Source of the DNA: an uncultured Verrucomicrobiae bacterium
Lineage (GTDB): Bacteria; Verrucomicrobiota; Verrucomicrobiia; Limisphaerales; Palsa-1400
DNA length: 64,000 nucleotides
Direction of reading: 5' to 3'
NCBI GenBank assembly: GCA_963702845.1
Contig: OY969763.1
Coordinates: 2,240,001 to 2,304,000, forward strand
The notes under the pieces: generated by a model
What the model saw: the letters and a program-made list of their open reading frames with translations, nothing else
What the model was told of the DNA's origin: nothing
The model's database searches: none
Translations under genes and position numbers: made by a program
Part shown: positions 1-9,040 of the stretch, piece after piece
How the letters are laid out: every line of letters starts with the position of its first letter
How positions within the stretch are numbered: the first letter of the stretch is position 1

Positions 1-48
1 AACGCAAAGGAGACGCCGGCGATCTTTCTCAATGCGATGAATTTCATC

Positions 49-648
49 AATTCTCCCCACCACCGCTCTGCCCGCAACTTCGCATCCCCGAGCGCAGCCG
101 ATGGCGGATTCCTTGAATTGAATTGACAACGTTCAGAAAACGAACCAATACTAAAGCCGTGCGCGGCAATTTATGAAGCCTCACCGAGGACTGCCCCTGA
201 AATGAATTTGAGAAGAAAAGGAAATTATGACTTTCGACGAAATAAAAGAAAAAATCGCAATAGCCCTGAATCATAAATGCAATGAGAACTGGGCTAATAT
301 ATTGGATGATACTACGCCCGGCCATTATGGCTTTTGGGATCTGGAATTTGACATCGCGCTAAAGGACATCTGGGTCGAAATACAGAAAAGGACGTTTACT
401 TTTCAAAATGCCAGCCTGTCGTTTACTGCTCAACTAGGCTCTTCAAATCCAGATGACGGAATAGAGATGCCCACCACAAGAACTGTCTCCGGAGCGGGAA
501 AGTTCGAGTTTTCGGACAACGGGGAAATTGAGGTCCTCGAGTTCAAAATCAATGAGCAGATTGATTTCTTTGAAGAGGAGCATCGGCCTCTCAGACCTCG
601 CTTCCGAATTACAGCCTAATTCTCCCCACCACCACTCTGCCCCCAACT
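49..648. repeat. 31-bp direct repeat (49-79 and 618-648) duplicating the 3' end of the portal gene
   Basis: aattctccccaccacc[g/a]ctctgccc[g/c]caact, 29/31 identical; both copies encode GQSGGGEN on the minus strand. Confidence 0.85.
227..619 (+). CDS. hypothetical protein (acidic, AT-rich accessory gene)
   Basis: 130-aa ORF, purine-rich RBS-like stretch upstream, lower GC than neighbours. Confidence 0.7.
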   Translation: MTFDEIKEKIAIALNHKCNENWANILDDTTPGHYGFWDLEFDIALKDIWVEIQKRTFTFQNASLSFTAQLGSSNPDDGIEMPTTRTVSGAGKFEFSDNGEIEVLEFKINEQIDFFEEEHRPLRPRFRITA

Positions 649-2262
649 CGCACCCTTTAGCGCAGCCGTCGGTGGATTCGCTTTAATCAAAGCCATCTCC
701 TCGGCAACACTGCGGCCAGGAGGAAGCACCTCGCCTCGTTCCATCTGGTGCAAAACCGTTTCCAAACTGATCGCTGACGACTGCCACGCCGTCACCAGCG
801 CCTGAATCTCGCGGCCAGTCAAACGCACGATGTCAAAATCCCGATTCAACTCGATCAAAATATCCCCACCCGAAACCTCATCCGGATGCTCCTCAGTCGA
901 GTGCCACCAATAAACCCATCGCAACGCCTGATTCAATGACTTCGACACCGCCACAGAAATTCCCGCAATCACACTGCTATCCGCTGACTGCCGAAGCTGG
1001 ATTGCCTCCGCGCTTTCCGAAGCCCGTTTCTGCGATTCCAACAATCGCGCTCCCAGCACTGCCAGCAATCGCTCCACCCGATCCAGCGCCCGCTCAAACG
1101 TCTGCAACCCATCGCCCTTAAATTCCAGGAACCCAGCCGTCGCGCCCGGCGTCTCCGTCACCCACGCCGTGTTAGAACCCATCCGCAGCGGATCATCCTT
1201 GGCAAAACCAGAAACCCACGCCGTCGGCAGCGCCGTGAAATGCATCCCGTGTTTGTAATCCGTCGTCATCCGGTAATGGTCCAGATTCGCCCCGACAATG
1301 TCCGTGATCGGCGACCGTTCCACCGTCGACTTCGACAAACTCGGCCCGTGGAAAATGAAAGGAATATTCGGCAGCGGCTTGCCGCGACGCAACGGAACCC
1401 TCGTTTCCAAAAGCGTCATACTCTTTGAATCAGTGCTGACATTATTCACCGCAGAAACAGCGGGATAAGTTCCCACCGTAGCAGAGGGTGCAGCCGAGCC
1501 CGGACTGATGCCGCTCCCAAGATCGCTCCCCACAGCGCCGTCCACATCAGCGCGCCGCACTCCATCATTCGACTTTTTAGCGCGACCCCAAACCTCAACC
1601 ACATAATGCCAACCAACATGCTTGCCTTTCTGCGCTGGGGCCGAACCTTGAGCCGCTGGCGCGTCCTGAACCAACCGCAACACCCGCAACCGCTCCACTT
1701 GCGCAGGTGCAAACTCATCACCGCCACCGCTTGTTTGATTGCCGTCCGAAAAAACTTCCCGAAGCACAACCAGCGTCAATTGCATCCGCCCGTTGATCCG
1801 TTGCTCACGCCAATTCAAAATATCTTCCGCCCGATAAAACGTGAAATAAGCGCGGTTCTCAGGCGCATCGCACCAGTCAATCAACGTGCCGCAACGCCCG
1901 AGCACCGTGACTTCCGTTGTCACCTCGCGTGCGTAACCGGACAATTCCTTGCCGAGCAAATCAGCGTCGTTAACAAATTCCCGCAGCACATTTCCCAAGA
2001 CACTGCCGGGCTTCGGCAACTTCAGCACCGGCTCGCGGCGAAAGATCATTCCCAAATAACCCAACACCGTGCGTGCGGTCGCATTGTAAAAAAATCCTCG
2101 TTCCACGTACCAGCGATATTCCAGATCATTCATCCCCTCCAATCGAGGAATGTAACGAATCCCGGAACGCTTCATGGCACGGTCTCCATCCATCACATCG
2201 CGCAACGTCCGCCACCAATCTTGGTGCAATTCGTATTCAGGATGTAGAGAGCTGACCGGCAC
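616..2262 (-). CDS. phage portal-like protein (DUF4055 family)
   Basis: 548 aa; YIPRL...Y..RGFFYNATART, YRAEDILNW, NLDHYR...YKHGMHFTALP and ARLLE motifs typical of DUF4055 portals; same strand as terL. Confidence 0.8.
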   Translation of the reverse strand: MPVSSLHPEYELHQDWWRTLRDVMDGDRAMKRSGIRYIPRLEGMNDLEYRWYVERGFFYNATARTVLGYLGMIFRREPVLKLPKPGSVLGNVLREFVNDADLLGKELSGYAREVTTEVTVLGRCGTLIDWCDAPENRAYFTFYRAEDILNWREQRINGRMQLTLVVLREVFSDGNQTSGGGDEFAPAQVERLRVLRLVQDAPAAQGSAPAQKGKHVGWHYVVEVWGRAKKSNDGVRRADVDGAVGSDLGSGISPGSAAPSATVGTYPAVSAVNNVSTDSKSMTLLETRVPLRRGKPLPNIPFIFHGPSLSKSTVERSPITDIVGANLDHYRMTTDYKHGMHFTALPTAWVSGFAKDDPLRMGSNTAWVTETPGATAGFLEFKGDGLQTFERALDRVERLLAVLGARLLESQKRASESAEAIQLRQSADSSVIAGISVAVSKSLNQALRWVYWWHSTEEHPDEVSGGDILIELNRDFDIVRLTGREIQALVTAWQSSAISLETVLHQMERGEVLPPGRSVAEEMALIKANPPTAALKGASWGQSGGGEN

Positions 2263-2413
2263 TGAAGAACCGTATCATGGCTCTTTTAACGCTATTGCCC
2301 CGCTACAGAAACCACATGCACGTCGATGCACCAAGCAACCGTTCCGATGCATCAACCGGCATGCAGTAACGTCCCATCCGAGCTTGACAGCTTTTAGGAC
2401 AACCTCAAAAACC

Positions 2414-2462
2414 CTTGTTCGCGGATTAAAATTATGCGAACAGTTGTCGCAGATTAATTGTT
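2414..2462 (+). other. attI-like recombination site, copy A
   Basis: cttgttcg-N8-aattatgcgaacagttgtcgcagattaattGTT, ending exactly at the first cassette core; homologous copies at 4452-4498, 7604-7623 and 52455-52504. Confidence 0.6.
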
Positions 2463-2478
2463 CGGCGTCGTGAAACAT

Positions 2479-2952
2479 ATGCCATCTTCCGAGCGCACAT
2501 TCCAAGAGGCAATGTCACCAGAGGTGCTAGCGGGCATCTCTGGCCGCGAATTGCTGATTCAGCACCTCGGCCACTGGCCCACCTTCCACGACTTTGAAGT
2601 GCTCTCTCTGATTCTAGAGCGAGCTGTTGTTTCAGCTGCCGCTTGTGACCTGAAAGCTACTTTCTTTGTGTTCGACCTCACCAAATCGCCGCACGACCCA
2701 GAGCGGAAGCAGGGCACGGCTGAGTTTCTGTTCGAGGACATCAACGCGCTGCACATCGACGGCTTCAACCATCAGAACCCAATCATGGGCTTATCGATTG
2801 TTCGTGCCGAGTCATCTGGAGAGGAGACGCGCTTTCGTGTGCAGTGGGGTGGCACCTGCATGCAGCACGAGGTGTCTTTCACCTGCTCGCGCGTTGCTGT
2901 TCTTCGAGTCGTCGACCTGAACCCATTTCGCAAGGCATTTCCGAGCCTATGA
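2479..2952 (+). CDS. Imm50-family immunity protein (gene cassette)
   Basis: WPTFHDFEV and IDGFNHQNPI motifs; flanked by GTTCGGCG (2460) and CGCCGAAC (2956). Confidence 0.75.
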   Translation: MPSSERTFQEAMSPEVLAGISGRELLIQHLGHWPTFHDFEVLSLILERAVVSAAACDLKATFFVFDLTKSPHDPERKQGTAEFLFEDINALHIDGFNHQNPIMGLSIVRAESSGEETRFRVQWGGTCMQHEVSFTCSRVAVLRVVDLNPFRKAFPSL

Positions 2953-2955
2953 GAT

Positions 2956-3004
2956 CGCCGAACCACTCACTTCAGCCGGTGGCTGAGTTCGAGCGTTGGC
3001 CATC
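2956..3004 (+). other. short/degenerate attC site
   Basis: R'' GCCGAAC just after the stop, internal hairpin tcagcc/ggctga, R' GTTGGCC; about 45 bp, shorter than canonical attC. Confidence 0.65.
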
Positions 3005-3010
3005 AAATCC

Positions 3011-3508
3011 ATGACCGCTCGTCTCTCCATTAATTCGTGGTTTCTCCGCGCTATTCTTGCCTTTTCCGTCGCTCTGGGGTGTCACGCTCAGGACCCCGAC
3101 AATCCATTGGTGGGGCGGTGGCTGCTTCAGCGCAAAGGTTCGCTAGATGCCAGGTCTTACAAGGTTGAATGGCAGTTTACGAAGGATCAGGTAATAGTGC
3201 GGATTGTGAAGGACCGGGCAAAACCAGAGGAAGTGTCCCGGAACAATTACACGATCGACACGACCAAAAATCCCAAGTGGATCACAGTTACCTTGGTCGG
3301 TAAAGTGACCGAAGTGCGACAGGGTATTTTTCGCATAGTTGGAGACGAGCTTCACCTAAAACAGACCGTTGGCGGAGGCGCACGTCCCGTAGATTTCGTG
3401 AAAGACAATTATTCGGTTTTGAAGCGGCAGCCCCAAGCGGATGGCCAACCAAGCGGTCCAGCGAACCGTTCGCGTCCGCTCTCGGTGATTCAAACGCTGG
3501 TTAAATAA
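3011..3508 (+). CDS. secreted TIGR03067-like domain protein (gene cassette)
   Basis: Signal peptide; LVGRW, YTIDTTKNPKWI and GIFRIVGDEL motifs; C-terminus reads through an attC half (GATGGCCAAC at 3440). Confidence 0.65.
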   Translation: MTARLSINSWFLRAILAFSVALGCHAQDPDNPLVGRWLLQRKGSLDARSYKVEWQFTKDQVIVRIVKDRAKPEEVSRNNYTIDTTKNPKWITVTLVGKVTEVRQGIFRIVGDELHLKQTVGGGARPVDFVKDNYSVLKRQPQADGQPSGPANRSRPLSVIQTLVK

Positions 3509-3535
3509 CTGAACCGATAATCCCGCCGGAACAAA

Positions 3536-3952
3536 TCATTTGATTCGTGTCATCGAGGTTGCCTGACCATCCTTTGACAACGTCAGCTCGTTGGCGCTCG
3601 CTTTGACAATCTTGTAATGATCGGTAGTCCCAACAGGAATCTTCGCGCTAACTTTCTCCCCCGAATCATTCGTGGTGGTGACAGAAGCACCGGTGATGTT
3701 TGTAACAGTGGACACTAACATCGCGTTACTGACGCTCCACTTCCCATCATAATACATGACCTCGTCAGGAGCTTTTCGATTCTTGCAAGTAGTGCGAAAC
3801 TTTCCATCGGCTGAAATTGATGTCTTAACGATAAGTTGGCCACAATCAACATCGGCCCAAGAGCCAACGACCTGTTGCCGAAGTTTCGCATCCTGCGCAT
3901 GGCACGCGGCCACCATAATCCATAAGAACACAGTTGTGGTAATCAGTTTCAT
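3536..3952 (-). CDS. secreted hypothetical protein (lipocalin-like beta fold possible)
   Basis: Signal peptide, VVGSW and YDGKWSV motifs. Confidence 0.7.
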   Translation of the reverse strand: MKLITTTVFLWIMVAACHAQDAKLRQQVVGSWADVDCGQLIVKTSISADGKFRTTCKNRKAPDEVMYYDGKWSVSNAMLVSTVTNITGASVTTTNDSGEKVSAKIPVGTTDHYKIVKASANELTLSKDGQATSMTRIK

Positions 3953-4093
3953 AGTCGACGCATTCTAGTGGGGGCAACAGAGCAATAATGACACTGCCAG
4001 AAGTGCTGACAAGGCGTAATTCCAACCACGGCTTCGGGTTTCCAGTCCGCAGCCTCCATAGCATTCTGACGTCCGCGTCCGGCATCGGACCAC

Positions 4094-4432
4094 TCATCGC
4101 TTGCTGGAAATACTTTCAAGAGCGATTGCAATTAGAACCACCACGATACACACCGCGAAGCCGCCCCAAATCAACTGCAACGCTCGCTTTCCACGGCGCT
4201 TCGTATCCTCCGACTTCGAACGGAAAGCAACCATCGCCAAGATATGCGCAACGACAAAAGACGGGCCTCCGATGAAGAAGGGAATGAATAACGTCTCGGG
4301 CTCGTAGCTTCGTCCGAGCAAATGTAACAACGGCCACAGAAGACCAAAGACAACAAAGACCGAGGCACAGCCTATGGAACAACCTCCCGAGCGACTGCTG
4401 GGTGCAGGTGTTGGCGTGTTCTCATTTTCCAT
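4094..4432 (-). CDS. small membrane protein (3 TM)
   Basis: Three hydrophobic segments; preceded by attI-like copy B. Confidence 0.65.
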   Translation of the reverse strand: MENENTPTPAPSSRSGGCSIGCASVFVVFGLLWPLLHLLGRSYEPETLFIPFFIGGPSFVVAHILAMVAFRSKSEDTKRRGKRALQLIWGGFAVCIVVVLIAIALESISSKR

Positions 4433-4451
4433 GGGAGTCAAATCAGCTTGA

Positions 4452-4498
4452 AACTTTAATACGCGCCACTGTTCGCATAATTCTGACGCACGAACAAG
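4452..4498 (-). other. attI-like site, copy B
   Basis: Reverse complement cttgttcg-N8-aattatgcgaacagtggcgcgtattaaaGTT; 15-bp core identical to copy A. Confidence 0.55.
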
Positions 4499-5971
4499 AA
4501 TCTTCGCGCATGCTCAACGTCCGCGTCCGTCAGCGGCTCCGTCGCGGTGCTATCGCAACGCTCCTACGCCGCAGCCGTCCGCTCTCGGTAATTCCAACGC
4601 TGGTTACATAAGAAGTCAGTTGGTGCAATCCACAATCACGAAGCTTCGCCGGCTTGAACGTATGGGTCGCTGGGACCGAATAGGCCAGTGGCGCTGCCAC
4701 CAAAGACAACATCGGCTCGCTTCGCTCAACAACATGGACGGCCTATGCGCCGTGTTGATTTCCCCTCCGCACGCCGGCGGAACCCGCCCATTACCCCCTC
4801 GCGCCGGCCCGCGCATCGCCCGCCGCCTGCGCACGCCCCCCACCAACCCGGCGCCCCCTCCCCCGCTATTAACGTCGGTCGTTCCGCTAATCGCGGTCGA
4901 CGTTGGTTCAGCGGGGGCGGGGGCAGTGCTCGGCGCGGTACAGTCCAGTGTTCGCCCCCTCCCCGGCCATACTGAACGCGCGCCACGCGACCCCGTCAGA
5001 AAGAACCCCCTCGCTCCCCAGCTCGCCCCAAAAACAAAGACAACCCGAAAGACACCCACCACCCCATCAACCCCCGCTGTGCAAGCGTGACACCATCGAC
5101 TCGATTGTCGCTGACGCTCGATCGTGCCGCTGGCACCGTCGTTGTCGTCACCCTTGCGCAGCCCCAACAGAGCCAGACTCCGGCAGTTGCGCCGCTGCAC
5201 TACGCTGACGTTGCACGAGCGCCAATCGAACTGCTCCGCTTGGCTTGCTCGCTTCACTACCGCTCCGTTTCACGTCTCACCCTCCGGAGACTGGCCAATC
5301 CCCAAGGCCAGCACATCACTGCAACTAGCTCCAGAAACGCTTCGCTGACTTCCGCCGCGTCGCAGTCATGTGCAGGCCTCCCAAATTTAGTCTGACCTAT
5401 GCACGAAACATTCCGGTGCCGGGCCTAAACGCTTTCCACGCCACCATCAAAGCGACGGCCTTGCATCCTCACATTTCGCGCACAAGTCAGAGGGTGGCTG
5501 CATGCTAATGCCGCGACCACCGCGAACCCATACGATGCGACCCCGCGAGAAGTTGTTAAGCTCCGTTCCAGCATGTCATGAAGGATGCTTCCGATCTACA
5601 GACACAAGTGACGTTATATTACGTGCCGCCCCAACACCGGTATCCGCTTCGCAGAACCTCCGGTGTCGGGTCCCCGCCGTTTCACTGAGTCGATCGGAGG
5701 CTCCCACTCAACGGCCCGGTTCACTAAGATATAACATCGTCTTGTGTCCATAGACCTGGCCCGTTTGGCACGCTCACTGACAATGGCTGCTCCTTCCCCA
5801 CCGATCAGCCGCAGTGCCCGCGCCAACCAAGCCTTGCATCCTTCACGCCACGCCCTCACTCCGCAGCTGAAGCAGTTTGGCGGGGCCGCCAGTGAGTTCT
5901 CCGCATCAGGTAATGCACCAACACTCATTCGGGTATCTTCACCCTGCGTTTTTGCTAAAATCTAAACCGAA

Positions 5972-6145
5972 GTGAGCGGACACTTTCTCTCCCAGCAAAA
6001 CGCAGACTTAAAGCGCTTAATCGCAGCAAACAAAACTGCGCTTAAGCAGTTACGCAAGTCTATCGGTGACATTGATCGTCGCCTCAAAGCTAAACTTCCT
6101 TCACAGCAAACACCCAAACAGCAAGCGCCCAGCGCCCGCAAATAG
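5972..6145 (+). CDS. small basic coiled-coil protein (57 aa, GTG start)
   Basis: Translated by hand: ...NADLKRLIAANKTALKQLRKSIGDIDRRLKAK..., heptad pattern; below the ORF-track cutoff. Confidence 0.4.
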   Translation: MSGHFLSQQNADLKRLIAANKTALKQLRKSIGDIDRRLKAKLPSQQTPKQQAPSARK

Positions 6146-6238
6146 TAAGCCCGTCCTCTGTTTGATTCGCTCAGTCGGCGCTCGCCATTCCCCTGAGCCC
6201 TAATCGAGTCCAGAAAAAGTGAGTCCAGACACCGTCTG

Positions 6239-6415
6239 GTTCCTTTTTACCCTCTGCTAGCCACTCGACCATCGCCCTCACCGGGCCGCTTTCCGTCAGG
6301 GGACAACGTGGCGCCTTCTGAAGACTACTTCCACTGTCCGCCATGCCGACGCGGCCTCTTTCGGATGAAGGGCGACAGTCCGAGAGCGCACAGCAGAGCA
6401 GTCAAAAAAAAGAAC
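6239..6415 (+). promoter_or_regulatory. long imperfect hairpin, Frpo-like ssDNA promoter candidate
   Basis: Nested complementary arms (ctctgct/agcagag, tcgccct/agggcga, ggccgc/gcggcc, tcagggg/ccttctga) ending immediately before ATG 6416. Confidence 0.45.
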
Positions 6416-6697
6416 ATGAAAACCAATACAAAACAAAATTCGGAATCGAGGCTCATGAACCGGATCGCACAGTCGAGCAGTGATGCATTTAGGGCGGTGT
6501 TTTTCCGGGGGCCGGAATCCAGCAGAAACAAAGACGGTGACGAAATCCCCGTCTGGAATGTTTTCCTCGGCGACGAGCACGGCGAACCAGTGCGCACCGT
6601 TTACGGAATCTACGACTTCAAACGCGCCGAGTCCCTCGCGCAGGTCATGTCTTCAGACCGCAAACTTGAACTCATCCACGAAGCCCAGCCCGCCTAA
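6416..6697 (+). CDS. hypothetical protein
   Basis: ATG directly after the hairpin; 93 aa. Confidence 0.6.
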   Translation: MKTNTKQNSESRLMNRIAQSSSDAFRAVFFRGPESSRNKDGDEIPVWNVFLGDEHGEPVRTVYGIYDFKRAESLAQVMSSDRKLELIHEAQPA

Positions 6698-6748
6698 TTC
6701 CCGCTCGGCTCGCGTCCGTCCAGGGCGCGAGCCATTCGCCAACCTCGT

Positions 6749-7009
6749 ATGAAAAATCCTTTGTTCGACAATACGCCTCGCTGGCGTCAGTGCATTTTGC
6801 AGCTGACACGCACCGTCACGATCGAGACCCGTCGCCGCCTCATGTGCATCCCGCACCGCCAAGACGCCAAAGAAGAAGCCAACCACCTCCGCCGTCAATA
6901 CGGCGACGCGCTCGTCGCAGTGAACATTTCCAAAAACGGCAAAGGCCCGACAGCCACATACACGTGCTCCTACACACTGCGCGAAACCCGCACCGAGGAA
7001 TTATTCTGA
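6749..7009 (+). CDS. hypothetical protein
   Basis: 86-aa ORF co-oriented with the previous gene. Confidence 0.55.
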   Translation: MKNPLFDNTPRWRQCILQLTRTVTIETRRRLMCIPHRQDAKEEANHLRRQYGDALVAVNISKNGKGPTATYTCSYTLRETRTEELF

Positions 7010-7117
7010 TCTACCTTGTCGCGCCATAGCCTTCGGCGACGGCGGAACGCCAGAGATTTGCCACCGCTGCACTCCGCCTTTAACGACGCAATCTCAGCGC
7101 ATGGTTAGGCGGCACGG

Positions 7118-7576
7118 TCATGTCTGTCGCTGATAACCTAAAGCTCTCAAAAAGTCGTCTGAACCCCGGAGCAAAAGCGACAGCCGGTGAGTTTGCCCCT
7201 GCTGATCGCGGTAATCCAACAACAGCGAACGTCCTGAATCGCTCGGCTGAACACTAATGATGGAAGCTCTCGGAATGCGATGCTCCATGTCAGATAGCGA
7301 TCCGATGACGTTAAACGGAAACCCGCTGCGAACCCAAACCTCATCGTCGGTGACAGTGACCTGCAAACAGCCAGCCGGTCCACCAAGCCGAGTGAATGTC
7401 GTTTTATGCGAGCTCCCCGACGCGCGCACCTCGTGAAAGCGAATGCGGTCTGATGAAACTTGCGGGAAAACTATGCCGTGTCGCTTGTGGTGCCGCCAAC
7501 GCATCGCAAAGATCCAGAGAACCAGCAGCATCGCACCCAGATTTAACCAGATGATGTATTTTTGAAAATGGTCCAT
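7118..7576 (-). CDS. membrane-anchored hypothetical protein (gene cassette)
   Basis: N-terminal TM; minus-strand GTTAGGCG upstream (7602-7595) and CGCCTAAC after the stop (7111-7104). Confidence 0.7.
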   Translation of the reverse strand: MDHFQKYIIWLNLGAMLLVLWIFAMRWRHHKRHGIVFPQVSSDRIRFHEVRASGSSHKTTFTRLGGPAGCLQVTVTDDEVWVRSGFPFNVIGSLSDMEHRIPRASIISVQPSDSGRSLLLDYRDQQGQTHRLSLLLRGSDDFLRALGYQRQT

Positions 7577-7603
7577 CGCCTAAGCGCCTAATATCGCCTA
7601 ACA

Positions 7604-7623
7604 AACAATTAATACGCGACAAC
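7604..7623 (-). other. attI-like site, copy D (3' half only)
   Basis: gttgtcgcgtattaattGTT, 18/20 identical to 2443-2462. Confidence 0.55.
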
Positions 7624-7657
7624 CACTAGATTCCGCAATTGATCCTTCATCCTTTCT

Positions 7658-9040
7658 TCAAAGCCCCCTCAACTTCCGATGCACGATAACGCGCGGCTTA
7701 GTCGCAATCAGATAACGCAACGCATCCGCCGCATCGTCGCCGCCGACGCCATCTTCGTCTGCGTCGACCTTCAGCACGTCCTCAGGCCGGTTCGGATCAT
7801 GTTGCAGCGCCGGCAACGTCTCAACTAACCGCCCGCACTTTTTGTGAATGAAAAGCGTCGGACGGATACCGGCTTCGGCGTCACCGAAGCGTGTCAGAAT
7901 TTCCGCCCACCCATTGATGCGATCCGTGTTCGCGCAGCGCAAAGTAATCCCGTGCTTCGCATACTGCGCGGCAATCGTTGTGCCGTCGCTCTGGCGCGAA
8001 AACACATCCGCACCAGCCACGCACCGTTTCAAACTGCTTGGTTGCAGGCCATGCCTGCCGAGCATCGCCTTGATTGCCGCCGCGTGACGTTGCGGCAACC
8101 ACATCCGCTCCGCGTGTTCATCCACGACGAACACGTTCCCGTCACAATCCGTGCAGCCGAGCAACACTACCGTGTAATGCGCGAAGCCATAGTCCAGCGC
8201 ACAAAACCATTCACGCGCCCGCTTGTCGTCGAAGTCCTCGATGACATGCACTTCCCTCCGCAGCGTCGTGAAGAACTGCCCCGCCGCGATGTCCCAATCC
8301 CCATCCAGCCACGCGCGACGCTGCCAACCGCTCAACCCCTGCAGTACCCGGATATATTCCGGGTTGTTCCAACGGTTGTCAGTCACACGCGCCGCCACAA
8401 ACCTCGTCTCCGTCTCGGCCTTGTTCAAAAAAGGCAGGACGAACCTCGACCGATACCACCCGTGACCGACGCCGCCCGGATTCGTCGTCGAATAGATACG
8501 TGGTCGCCAATTCGGTTTGCTTGTCCGACAACACGTCGTGATGTCCTGGTATTTCCGCGCCGTCAACGTCGTCGCCTCCTCGATGCCTATGACGTCGTAT
8601 TCGAGGCCGAGATACGCGTCGATGTCCTTCTCGTTCTGAAAATGCCCGGCAATGATCCGCGAGCCGTTATTGAATGTGAGGATGCCCCGAAACGCCGAGA
8701 ACTCGTGACCGAGCTTCGTGAATAGCTTTCGCCGCAGATCCTCGAAGTGCTCAAGGTTCGCCTTGCCGACCTTGCGCAGCAGTAAACATTTCAATCCTGG
8801 CACACGCTGACAATCATCGACGCCCATCTGGCCAAGCAACCAATGTGACTTGCCACCGCCGCGCGCGCCGCCGTAGCCGATTGCTGTCGGCCCGTCGGTA
8901 GTGTCGCAGAGCCTCGCCGCCGCGCTGGCCGCAAGCTGACGCTCCTGCAATACCACGTCCGCGCGCTCAAACCGTTGCATCTGGTCCTTCGGACAACCAG
9001 CGCGCCGCCCGATCAGAAAATACCTTTCCCAAGGCGTCAT
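7658..9040 (-). CDS. terL: phage terminase large subunit
   Basis: Walker A GGARGGGKS, Walker B IGIEEAT, TTNPGGVGHGW coupling motif, nuclease ALDYG and DDAADALRY. Confidence 0.92.
   Translation of the reverse strand: MTPWERYFLIGRRAGCPKDQMQRFERADVVLQERQLAASAAARLCDTTDGPTAIGYGGARGGGKSHWLLGQMGVDDCQRVPGLKCLLLRKVGKANLEHFEDLRRKLFTKLGHEFSAFRGILTFNNGSRIIAGHFQNEKDIDAYLGLEYDVIGIEEATTLTARKYQDITTCCRTSKPNWRPRIYSTTNPGGVGHGWYRSRFVLPFLNKAETETRFVAARVTDNRWNNPEYIRVLQGLSGWQRRAWLDGDWDIAAGQFFTTLRREVHVIEDFDDKRAREWFCALDYGFAHYTVVLLGCTDCDGNVFVVDEHAERMWLPQRHAAAIKAMLGRHGLQPSSLKRCVAGADVFSRQSDGTTIAAQYAKHGITLRCANTDRINGWAEILTRFGDAEAGIRPTLFIHKKCGRLVETLPALQHDPNRPEDVLKVDADEDGVGGDDAADALRYLIATKPRVIVHRKLRGL

Larger units (their letters stand above)
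3473..4611. repeat. 36-bp direct repeat (3473-3508 and 4576-4611)
   Basis: cgtccgctctcggt[g/a]attc[a/c]aacgctggtta[a/c]ataa, 33/36 identical. Confidence 0.9.

Noticed and set aside
3953..4093. attC between the two minus-strand accessory genes
   Set aside because: No AAC/GTT core pair or convincing hairpin found, only a 13-bp remnant
4616..5965. ORFs 4616-5257(-), 4620-5090(+), 5087-5395(+) and others as real genes
   Set aside because: Low-complexity Pro/Arg/Gly-rich translations typical of GC-rich structured non-coding DNA
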